From positions 768,001-832,000 of the forward strand of contig CAWHTE010000001.1 of assembly GCA_963832165.1 (NCBI GenBank): a stretch of 64,000 nt of DNA, read 5' to 3'. The stretch comes from an uncultured delta proteobacterium (GTDB lineage Bacteria > Myxococcota_A > UBA9160 > SMWR01). The notes under the pieces were generated by a model that worked only from the letters and a program-made list of their open reading frames with translations, did not search any database and was not told the DNA's origin. Every line of letters begins with the position of its first letter. Position 1 is the stretch's first letter. The position numbers and the translations under genes are program-made. Positions 18,746 to 27,455 of the stretch are shown one piece after another.

Positions 18746-19911
18746 TCCTCCCAGGGTACCGGGGCCTCCCCGCGCGCGCGCTGGGTCTCCGCCCGGACGA
18801 GGCGCAGCGCGTGAAAGCCGAGCGAGGCGATCGTCCACAGCGCGACCATCACGAGCCCGAGGTCGGGTCGGCCTGCGATCGCGCCGACACTGAGCAGGAT
18901 CAGGTTCGGGTTGCGCCGCGCGGTGATCGTGCGGAACAGCCCGTCGATCGGGCGCCAGGAATGCGTCTCGAAGCCGAAGCGCGCCAGGAACGCGCCTTCG
19001 AGCGCGCGCCCGATCACGTATCCAGCCACCACCACGACGGTTGCGAACTCATGGCCCGGTCCCAGCCCCACTCCCCACGCCCACCACCAGAAAGGGGGGT
19101 GGATCAGATCGAGACCGTGGTCCATCACGTCGCCGATCCGGCTCGAGGTGAGCGTGACGCGCGCGAGCTTTCCGTCGACGGTGTCGAGGAACGTCATCGC
19201 CCACGCGCACACGAGGCCCGTGCCGAACGCGCCGCGCGCGAACAGGAGCACGGCCGCGACGGCGAGCACGCCGCTCAGGACCGTCACCGTGTTCGGGTGC
19301 ACGCCGCGCCGCGCGCACCAGTGCGTGACGGCCTGCGCGGGTCGCGGCCATACCCACTTCGTGACGAGGTCGGTCAGTCCCTTGTACGACGCGTCGAACG
19401 TGCGCCGCTCCACCTCGGCGGCCGTGTCGGAGCGGGCCGGAAACACATACGGAGGTTCGCGCTTGCGCAGCTTCGCGACGTAGGCGGCCACGAGCTCGGA
19501 CGGTGCGACGCGGCGCGCGCCCGGCAGCGCATCGGCGTCCGCGCGCGCGAGCGCGGCGCACGCGGCGTGCGCGCGCTCGGACGGGACGTGGGCGCCGACG
19601 GGCCCGAGCTCGGGTGTCACGAGCAGGGTGTCGCGCGCGCCGCGCAGGCCTTCGACGAGGCGCTCGTCGAGCACGACGTCGGCGCGCAACGCGAGCACCG
19701 CCCCGTGCTCGCTTGGCGGAGCCTGCGCGTCGACCACGCGCGGATCGAGGCAGCCGGCGCGCCGCAGCGAGCGCAGCAAGCGCTCCTCGGGGGCGAGCCC
19801 CCAGATCCGCACCTCGCGCGGATCGGCCGCGGGGCCGGAATCGCAGCGCAGATCTCGGCGGACCACCCAGCCCGCCGGTGCCGGCGCAGATTCAGAAGGC
19901 GCGGCGGTCAT
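18742..19911 (-). CDS. CDP-alcohol phosphotransferase with N-terminal soluble domain (CpgA-like)
   Basis: Signature DTVDGKLARVTLTSSRIGDVMDHGLD; HPNTVT. Confidence 0.9.
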   Translation of the reverse strand: MTAAPSESAPAPAGWVVRRDLRCDSGPAADPREVRIWGLAPEERLLRSLRRAGCLDPRVVDAQAPPSEHGAVLALRADVVLDERLVEGLRGARDTLLVTPELGPVGAHVPSERAHAACAALARADADALPGARRVAPSELVAAYVAKLRKREPPYVFPARSDTAAEVERRTFDASYKGLTDLVTKWVWPRPAQAVTHWCARRGVHPNTVTVLSGVLAVAAVLLFARGAFGTGLVCAWAMTFLDTVDGKLARVTLTSSRIGDVMDHGLDLIHPPFWWWAWGVGLGPGHEFATVVVVAGYVIGRALEGAFLARFGFETHSWRPIDGLFRTITARRNPNLILLSVGAIAGRPDLGLVMVALWTIASLGFHALRLVRAETQRARGEAPVPWEE

Positions 19912-19961
19912 CGGGCAGCGCGGATCCTATCACACGCTGCCGCGCCGAGTTAGGCTGGTGA

Positions 19962-20894
19962 ATCCCAGCGGAGCCGCCCATCGTCACGCTCGTACACATC
20001 TCGGACCTGCACGCGACGAGCGTGCCGACCTTCGCGCTCGAGCCGCTGCGCTCGAAGCGGTTCCTGGGCTGGCTCTCGTGGCACGTGCGCCGGCGGCGCC
20101 GCTATCTCCCCGCAGTGCTCGAAGCGATGCTGGCCGATCTCGCGGAGACCGCGCCGGACCAGATCGCGATCACGGGTGATCTCACGCAGATCGCGCTCGA
20201 GGAGGAGTTCCGCGAAGCGGCCAAGTGGCTCGAGCGCTTCGGCCCGCCCGGGCGCGTGAGCGCGATCCCGGGCAATCACGACGCGTACGTGGCGGTGCCG
20301 GGCGAACGCGGGTGGCGGCTGTGGTCCGACTATCTCGCGAGTGACGGCGCCGCGTCCGCGTTCCGCGGAGATCCCGCCGAGTTTCCGAGTGTTCGCGTGC
20401 GCGGCGCGCTCGCGCTCGTGGGGGTCTGCACGGCACAGCCGACTCCGCCGTTCGCCGCGACGGGCCGCGTCGGAGCCGATCAGCTCGCGCGGCTCGACGG
20501 CGTGCTCGAGCGGCTCGGCGCGGCGGGCCTGTGCCGCGTGGTCATGATCCATCATGCGCCGGTGGTGGGCCTCACGATCCGGCGGCGTTCGCTGCTCGAC
20601 GCCGCTGCGTTCGGCGAAGTGCTGCGCCGGCGCGGCGCCGAGCTGGTGCTGCACGGCCATCTGCACCGCACCACGCTCGAGGCACTGCCGGGGCCCGAGC
20701 GGCCGATCCCCGTGGCCGGCGTGCCGTCGGGCTCGCACGCGGGTCCCGAGCCCGCGCGCTGTGCTGCCTATCATCTCTACGAGATCGACGGAGCGCGCGA
20801 CGGGTTCACGATCCGCCGCCGTGTGCGCGCGTGGGATCCCGCCCTCGACCGTTTCACCGCGCGCGGGCCCGAGGCGGGCGAGCCGATCGCCTAG
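19962..20894 (+). CDS. Calcineurin-like metallophosphoesterase; start uncertain
   Basis: HISDLH (upstream of the ORF-track start), ITGDLT, IPGNHD, MIHH, LHGHLH. Confidence 0.88.
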   Translation: MPAEPPIVTLVHISDLHATSVPTFALEPLRSKRFLGWLSWHVRRRRRYLPAVLEAMLADLAETAPDQIAITGDLTQIALEEEFREAAKWLERFGPPGRVSAIPGNHDAYVAVPGERGWRLWSDYLASDGAASAFRGDPAEFPSVRVRGALALVGVCTAQPTPPFAATGRVGADQLARLDGVLERLGAAGLCRVVMIHHAPVVGLTIRRRSLLDAAAFGEVLRRRGAELVLHGHLHRTTLEALPGPERPIPVAGVPSGSHAGPEPARCAAYHLYEIDGARDGFTIRRRVRAWDPALDRFTARGPEAGEPIA

Positions 20895-21682
20895 ATCCCG
20901 CCGTCGCCGGCCGCGAGGATCTTCTCGGCGAGCGCGAGGTCGGCGGCCTTGTCGACGTCGATCGCGGCCACTGCATCGAGCAGCACGGGGAGGATCTTCG
21001 CTCCGGCGCTGCGCGACACCTGGCGCAACCCGCCGTGGAGGTCGAGCGTGCCCGCGAGGTACTCGAGCGCGAGGGTCGGACCGATCGCCGCGACCATGCG
21101 CCACGGCTTCTTGCGGTGGCGCTCTGCGCGCGCGAAGAACTCGGCGGCACGGCGTGCGCGCGCGTGCTGGAACGCGAACAGGTTCGCGCCCGTGTACGAG
21201 CCGCAGCGCAGCCGGATCCAGGTCCGAGCGGCGCTCGCGTCGGCGTCGGCGAACGCGGATCGCTCGACCACACCCACCGCGACGTCGGCCTGGGTCGCCG
21301 CAGCGCCCTCGAGGAAGCGGTCCACGCGCGCGCCCGAGAGCAGCGCGTGATCGGCGGTGGTCACGAGCACGCGCTCGTCACCGATCGAGTCGAGCGCGTC
21401 GGCCACGCTGCGCGCCGGGGACTCCTTGCTGCGGTGCACCGGGATGTCGCGAAACGCCGCGAGCTCGGGCACCGACTCGAGCACCTCGGGCGTGTCGATG
21501 CTGACCCAGATCCGCCCGACGTGGCGCGCGCCGCGCAGCGCGGTGAGCACGCGCGCGAGCATCGGTACGCCTGCCACGGGCAGTAGTGCGCGGTGCGAGG
21601 CGCCGCGCGAGCGCGCGAGCGGATCATCGGGACCGCGGCGCCCCGCAAGCACGAGCGCTGTGTAGGGCTGGATGTCGATCAA
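20891..21682 (-). CDS. NTP transferase (MobA-like; CpgD-like cytidylyltransferase)
   Basis: TTG 21682 overlaps upstream stop; ALVLAGRRG, PMLARV, LVTTADHALL, YTGANLF, AIDVDK. Confidence 0.85.
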   Translation of the reverse strand: MIDIQPYTALVLAGRRGPDDPLARSRGASHRALLPVAGVPMLARVLTALRGARHVGRIWVSIDTPEVLESVPELAAFRDIPVHRSKESPARSVADALDSIGDERVLVTTADHALLSGARVDRFLEGAAATQADVAVGVVERSAFADADASAARTWIRLRCGSYTGANLFAFQHARARRAAEFFARAERHRKKPWRMVAAIGPTLALEYLAGTLDLHGGLRQVSRSAGAKILPVLLDAVAAIDVDKAADLALAEKILAAGDGGI

Positions 21683-23394
21683 GCAACCGCCTCGCGTGCG
21701 ACGGCCGGCAGTGCGACGCGCTCTGCGCGACCGTCGGCGATTCGGTACACCAGATCGGCGACGCTCGCGAGCGCGGGGTGATGCGAGATCGCCACCACCG
21801 TGGTGCGGCCGCGCAGCGACGCCACCGTCTGCCACACCGCGGCTTCGCTCTCGGCATCGAGCGCGGCCGTCGCCTCGTCGAAGATCAGCAGGCGCGGCTC
21901 GTGCACGAGTGCACGCGCGATCGAGATCCGTTGGCGCTGCCCGCCCGAGAGCAGTGCGCCGCGCTCGCCGACGCTCGCGTCGAGCCCCGACGGCAGTGCG
22001 CGCACGAATTCCCACGCGCCCGCGAGCCGCAGCGCGGCCTCGACCGCCGCGTCGTCGAGCGACGGGTCGCCCAGAGTCACGTTGCGGCGCACGGTGTCGT
22101 GGAGCATCGGGAGATCCTGGGGCACGTAGCCCACCTGACGGCGCCATGCGCCGAGGTCGAGCTCGCCGATCGGCACGCCGTCGATTCGCACGTGCCCCGC
22201 GGTGGGCGACACGAGCCCCGTGATCAGATCGGTGAGCGTGGTCTTCCCGATTCCGGACGCGCCCACCACCGCCGTGATGCATCCCGACGGAATCTCGAGC
22301 GACAGCCCGTCGAACAGCGTGCGGCCGTCGCGCTCGAGGCCGACGCTCTCGATCGAGATCCCACGCGCTAGCTCGACGCGGCGTGCGCCGCCCGACGGCT
22401 CGCACGCCGCTTCGGCCTCGCGGATCCGGCCGTCGATCGCCCAGAGCGCGCTCGTCTCGCTGATCATCGCCTGGTACTTGCCCTGGATCGAGGCGACGCG
22501 CGTGAGCGCGCGCGTGAACACGAGACCGAGCACGAGCGTGCTCGAGAGCGGAATCGAGAAGAGGCGCAGCGCGCCGAACAGGCCCAGCGCGAGCAGCGTG
22601 CCGACCACGGGCTCCTGCAGCGCGCGCAGGGATTCGCGCGCGAGCACGCGGCGCTGGAGCTGGCGGTTCAGGCGCTCGGTGTCGCTGGCCAGGAGCGGCC
22701 CGACCGCCGCCTCGCGCCCAGTCGACTTGAGCAGCTTCACAGCGCCCAGCGTGTCGGTGGTGCGCGTGAGCAGCGAGTCGAGCAGGGCGGTCTGCTTGCG
22801 GCCCGCGCGATGCGCCATGCGCACGAGCGCGGAGAGCAGCAGGAGCATCAGCCCGGCTGCCGCCGCCGCGACCAGAGTGCCGCGCCACGACACCGCGCAC
22901 GCGATCGCCACGTACACGACCGTCTCGACGCTGTAGCTCGCGATCAGCGCGAGGTACTCGAACGCGTACGAAGCGCGGTCGGCCTCGGTCGCCATCGCAT
23001 TGGCAGCGCGGCCGGCCGGCTGACGCGATGAGTAGCTCCAGCGCGCTGCGAGCAGCGCGCGCATCAGGCGCAGCCGGAGATCGGTGGCGATCCGCGCCAC
23101 CGCGTAGCCGACCTGGCGTTTCGAGAGCAGCACCAGGAGGGCCTTGATCCAGAGCGCGCCGACCACGATCGCGAACAGCGGCGCCGGATCGGGCGGAATT
23201 CCGAGCGCGGCGAGCACCTGCCCCACGCGCGCCTCGTAGCCGGTCGATGCGATGTGAGATCCCGTCGCGACGGAGAGCAGCGGGAGCAGGGTGGAGAGGC
23301 CGAGCCCCTCGGTGGCGCCCGCGACGAGCAGCCACACGAGCACGGCGGTGCAGCGCGCCGGATACGCCGTGAGGAAGTAGCGCAGCGTATTCAC
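21679..23394 (-). CDS. ABC exporter, fused TMD-NBD (MsbA-like)
   Basis: GTG 23394; Walker A GASGIGKT, YVPQD, LSGGQRQR, LIFDEATAALD, AISH. Confidence 0.92.
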   Translation of the reverse strand: MNTLRYFLTAYPARCTAVLVWLLVAGATEGLGLSTLLPLLSVATGSHIASTGYEARVGQVLAALGIPPDPAPLFAIVVGALWIKALLVLLSKRQVGYAVARIATDLRLRLMRALLAARWSYSSRQPAGRAANAMATEADRASYAFEYLALIASYSVETVVYVAIACAVSWRGTLVAAAAAGLMLLLLSALVRMAHRAGRKQTALLDSLLTRTTDTLGAVKLLKSTGREAAVGPLLASDTERLNRQLQRRVLARESLRALQEPVVGTLLALGLFGALRLFSIPLSSTLVLGLVFTRALTRVASIQGKYQAMISETSALWAIDGRIREAEAACEPSGGARRVELARGISIESVGLERDGRTLFDGLSLEIPSGCITAVVGASGIGKTTLTDLITGLVSPTAGHVRIDGVPIGELDLGAWRRQVGYVPQDLPMLHDTVRRNVTLGDPSLDDAAVEAALRLAGAWEFVRALPSGLDASVGERGALLSGGQRQRISIARALVHEPRLLIFDEATAALDAESEAAVWQTVASLRGRTTVVAISHHPALASVADLVYRIADGRAERVALPAVAREAVA

Positions 23395-25594
23395 GCGACT
23401 CCCATCATCGCGCGCACGGCGTCCGCGACGGTTGCGCGGTCGTCGCATGCCGCGCCGCGCACGAGCGGGAGTGATCCCGAGAACGGCTGCGCCGCGCCCC
23501 GTTCGATCAGCGCGGCGTGCAGCCGATCGAGGTCGCGCGGCGGCCGCACGTAGCCGCGCTCGATCGCCTTGCCGCACCAGCGCTCGAGTCCGCGCTGCGG
23601 GCGCGGCGTGCCGCGCGGCCCGAGCGGCTTCGCAGTCGCGCGCCGCCACGCCCACTCGCGGAACGCCGACAGTGTGCGGAACGAGGCGCGCACGGGCAAC
23701 GGATAGATCGCCACGGGCCGACCCAGCGATGTCGCCTCGGCGAGCATCGACTCGCTGTCGCCCGTGATCACGAACGCGTCCGCGTGCGCGAGCAGACCCA
23801 GGTAGGGATTGCTCGGATCGTCGGGCGTATAGCGGTGGAGGAAGTGGATCTCGCCGATCGCGGCGCAGAACGCGTCGGTGGCCGCAGATCCGAGCCGGCG
23901 GCTCGTGGTGGCGAACAGCGAGCCGCCGCACGTGCGCGCGAGATCCGCGCACGCGGCGCCGAGCCGCGCGGCTTCGGCCGGGCCGAGCCGGTACTGGCCC
24001 GAGGTGCCTCCGACGAGCACGGCGATCCGCGGCGTGGGCGCATCGGCGAGCCGATCAGCCCACTCTTCGGCCGCTTTCGCGAGCGCATCGCGCGTGACGC
24101 GGTGCAGCGGCCCGGCCGTCTCGATCCGATGCGGGTGGGGAAACAGGCGCGCGTAGTCGGGCGTCACCACGCGATCGAAGAGGTCGGCGTCGTCGCCGGC
24201 CTTGCGCCCGAGCGCGACGATCCGCGCGCGACCCTGCGACTGCGCGCGGATCCACTGCGCGACCGGCGCCGTGCGCCGGCCCGCCGCGATCACGAGGTCG
24301 GGCCACGGCGGCTCGAGCGGCGACGACGCATCGCGATCGATCCCGAGCACAGACGCGCCGAGCCAGCGATTGTGGAGCCCCGACGCGATGCGGCAGCGCA
24401 GGTGCTTCACCTCGTACGGCCACGCGAGCGCCTCGGCGAGCCCGAGCGCCTGCGTAGCGTTGCCGGGGCGATCGTCGCGCAGCACCCAGACACGCGGGGG
24501 TGTCGGTCGCACCCACTGGCCGCCCGTTCGCTGCGCGCTGCCGAACGCGAGCTCGGTCGTGAGCTGCGGATGGGCGCGCGCGGCTCGCGCGAGGAGGACT
24601 TCCCAGCGCTCGCGCTCGCGGCGCGGGCGATCGGGCAGCGCGAGCACGACGCGCTCGCGCGCTCCCGCGCAGAGCTCGGCGAGCAGCCACGGGACGTCGT
24701 CCTCGGGTGCCTCGGCGAGCCACGCCCCTGCGCGCAGCTCGCGCACGGGTCCCGCCGGCGCTGCGCCGGGCGAGGGCGGCACGAACTCGCCCGAGCTCGC
24801 GCCGTGCTCGCTGTCGCTTTCCGCCCACGTGCTGCGCCATTCGGCGTAGCGATCGCTCGGATGCTCGCGCGTGCGCACCTGGAAGCCCTGGGCGTCGGCG
24901 TCGTCCTCGAGTGCATGCCAGATTCCGCCGCTGGCGTTCGGCTGATAGACGTAGCGCTCGGGGAACGGGCGCCACGGCTGCGTGTGCAGTGTCGTGAAGT
25001 GGATCAGCCGAGCGTCGGCGATCACCGCTTCGTCGTCGCGCGCGTTCCACGCCGCATCGAGCGGACCCCACAGGCCCGGCACGGTGTGCGCGCGCGCGTG
25101 CAGCTGATCTTTGGTCTCGCGCTGCGCCGACTCGAGCGTCCAGTGCTCGCGCATCCGGTCGCAGTCGAGCAGCATCACCGACGTATCGCCGGGGCTCACG
25201 CTGCGGTAGCCGCACGCGCCGAGCTCGGTGTCGAAGAGCAGACCCGGATCGCAGCGGTAGATCTGGTCCGTGTCGTTGTAGATCGCCCGGCCGGACCCCC
25301 CGCGAAGTGCGGGATCGCAAAGCGGTACTGCGTGAAGCCGGTGGTCCAGCCCCGCGCGCGGAAGCCCACGAGATCCTTCATCACGTAGATCTCGTAGCGG
25401 CGCCCCGGATCGCGGACCCGCTCGATCGACCACACGAACACGCGCTCGGCGCGCACCTGCGCGGGCTCGCTGCCGAGGAAGATGCGCACGGGGGGCCGAT
25501 TGTTGGCGGGCGCGTCGCGGCGCGCTTCGAGCACCAGACACTCCGGGGCAGCGCGCAGGGCGCTCGCGGCTCGCGATCGGCGGAGCGCGCTCAC
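23391..25594 (-). CDS. Fusion of a GT-A glycosyltransferase and an ELM1/GtrOC1-family domain; one frameshift in a G run at 25296-25301
   Basis: N-part VRIFLGSE, TTGFTQYRFAIP, AIYNDTDQIY (DxD), LIHFTTLHTQPW; C-part VWVLRDDRPGNATQALGLAEAL, WPDLVIAAGRR, TTSRR, NPYLGLLAHADAFVITGDSESMLAEA. Confidence 0.82.
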
Positions 25595-26406
25595 GCGCGG
25601 GTGCGGTCGAGCGCCTCGCGAATCGCGACCACGTCGTCGAGCAGGGCATCGAGGTCCGCGAGGCGGATCTGGCACGCGGAATCGCAGGGCGCGTGGTCGG
25701 GATCGGGGTGCGTCTCCACGAACAGCGCATCGATGCCGAGCGCCGCCGCTGCGCGCGCGAGCGGCGCCACGTAGCTGCGGTCTCCGCTGCTCGCTCCCTC
25801 GCCGGCGCCCGGATGCTGCACCGCGTGCGTGGCGTCGAGGCACACCGGCGCCACGCTGCGCATGGCGTACAGGCCGCGCATGTCCACGATCAGATCGTGG
25901 TAGCCGAAGCTCGTGCCGCGCTCGGTGATCATCACGCCGCCGGCGCCGAATCCCTTCGCCTTGTCGACGGCGTGCACGACGTCGTCGGGCGCCATGAACT
26001 GGCCCTTCTTGATGTTGATCGGGAGGCCGGTTTCGGCGCAGGCCTTCACGAGATCGGTCTGGCGCGAGAGGAACGCGGGGATCTGCAAGAGCTCTGCGAC
26101 CTCGGCGATCAGCTTCGCCTGGCCGGGCTCGTGCACGTCGGTGCAAACGGGCAGCCCCGAGGCCGCCTTCACCTGCTCGAGGATGCGCAGACCCGTGTCG
26201 AGCCCGACGCCGCGGTACGAGTCGCGGCTCGAACGGTTCGCCTTGTCGAACGAGGCCTTGAACACGGCCGGCAGCCCGTGGCGTTCCGCGATCGCCGCGA
26301 CGCCGTCGGCGCACGCGAGCGCAATGTCGAGGCTCTCGATCACGTTGAGGCCCGAGATCAGCAGGAGGGGCGAGCCGCCACCGACGGAAATGTCGCGGAT
26401 TCGCAT
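25591..26406 (-). CDS. kdsA: 3-deoxy-8-phosphooctulonate (KDO8P) synthase
   Basis: FKASFDKANRSS, LQIPAFLSRQTDL, IKKGQF, TERGTSFGY, DATHAVQ, FVETHPDP; GGAGGG RBS. Confidence 0.95.
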   Translation of the reverse strand: MRIRDISVGGGSPLLLISGLNVIESLDIALACADGVAAIAERHGLPAVFKASFDKANRSSRDSYRGVGLDTGLRILEQVKAASGLPVCTDVHEPGQAKLIAEVAELLQIPAFLSRQTDLVKACAETGLPINIKKGQFMAPDDVVHAVDKAKGFGAGGVMITERGTSFGYHDLIVDMRGLYAMRSVAPVCLDATHAVQHPGAGEGASSGDRSYVAPLARAAAALGIDALFVETHPDPDHAPCDSACQIRLADLDALLDDVVAIREALDRTRA

Positions 26407-26479
26407 GGGGTTGCCCTCCGGGGCGTCCTGGTTCTCGAGGCGGGCCGGCATTCTGGATAGCGAGACTGGCCCGCGATGG

Positions 26480-27229
26480 CTAACGCGGGGCAAGGGCGGG
26501 TCGAGTCGCGATCTCGCGGCGTGCGCCGTCGAGATCGGAGGAGGAGTCGATCTCCCGCCACCACAGACCGCGCACGCTCGCGGTCTCGACCGCAGAGGCC
26601 TGTGCGATCTGGTGAATCACCGAGAGGTACCACTGGCGCATGGCCTCGGGGCGGCGCACCGCCTCCTCGAGCGCGGTCGCGAACAGCTTCGGTCCGGAGC
26701 CGCGAAACGCGAGCAGACCGATCGATTCACCGCCGACCATCGCGCGCGGCAGGCATTTGTCGACGGCCAGCAGGCGCCCGCGCGCATCGACCGACACCTT
26801 CATGTCGTCGTCGTCGTAGGCCGGCTTGCGATCGATCGCGAGTGCGACCGGCGCAGAGGACAAATCGAGCACGCGCTCGATGACGCCGTCCTCGAAGATC
26901 GTGTCGCCGTTCAGCAGCAGGAAATCCTCGGTCATGGCCCCGCGGGCGAGCCAGCAGCTGATCAGATTGTCGGAGCTGCCGTAGAAGGGGTTGAACAGCG
27001 TTTCACACGCGATGCCGGGTACCGGGTTGGCGGCCAGCCACGCCTCCACGCGTTCGGAGCCGAAGCCGATCACCACCACGGCGCGCTCGACGCCAGCGCG
27101 CGCGAGTGCGCTGAGCTGCCAGCCCAGGATCGGCTCGTCGCCGCGGACCGGCAGCAGGCATTTCGGATTCTCTTCGGTCAGAGGCAGCAGACGCTTGCCC
27201 TGACCGGCGCTCAACACGACCGCCTTCAT
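26480..27229 (-). CDS. Sugar-phosphate/phosphocholine cytidylyltransferase family (LicC-like)
   Basis: MKAVVLSAGQGKRLLPLTEENPKCLL, LLLNGDTIF, DDDDMKV, GESIGL, WREIDS. Confidence 0.88.
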   Translation of the reverse strand: MKAVVLSAGQGKRLLPLTEENPKCLLPVRGDEPILGWQLSALARAGVERAVVVIGFGSERVEAWLAANPVPGIACETLFNPFYGSSDNLISCWLARGAMTEDFLLLNGDTIFEDGVIERVLDLSSAPVALAIDRKPAYDDDDMKVSVDARGRLLAVDKCLPRAMVGGESIGLLAFRGSGPKLFATALEEAVRRPEAMRQWYLSVIHQIAQASAVETASVRGLWWREIDSSSDLDGARREIATRPALAPR

Positions 27230-27455
27230 GGCTCCCTTCGACTGGGCCTCATGTGCGGGTGATCTGTGCCGCGGCCGTTGCTCCGAGACGCTCTAGCGCC
27301 CTAGGATTGGCCTCTGAGGGGGCGTCGGAAAGCTGCGTTGATCCCATCGCATTGTCAATGGGACGGGCGGTCGGCCCCACGGGGTTTTCCGGGTAGCTCC
27401 CTCGCGCTCGGATCAGCATCGCGCCCGCCTCCCGCTGAGAGGGTCCCGCGTCGTA

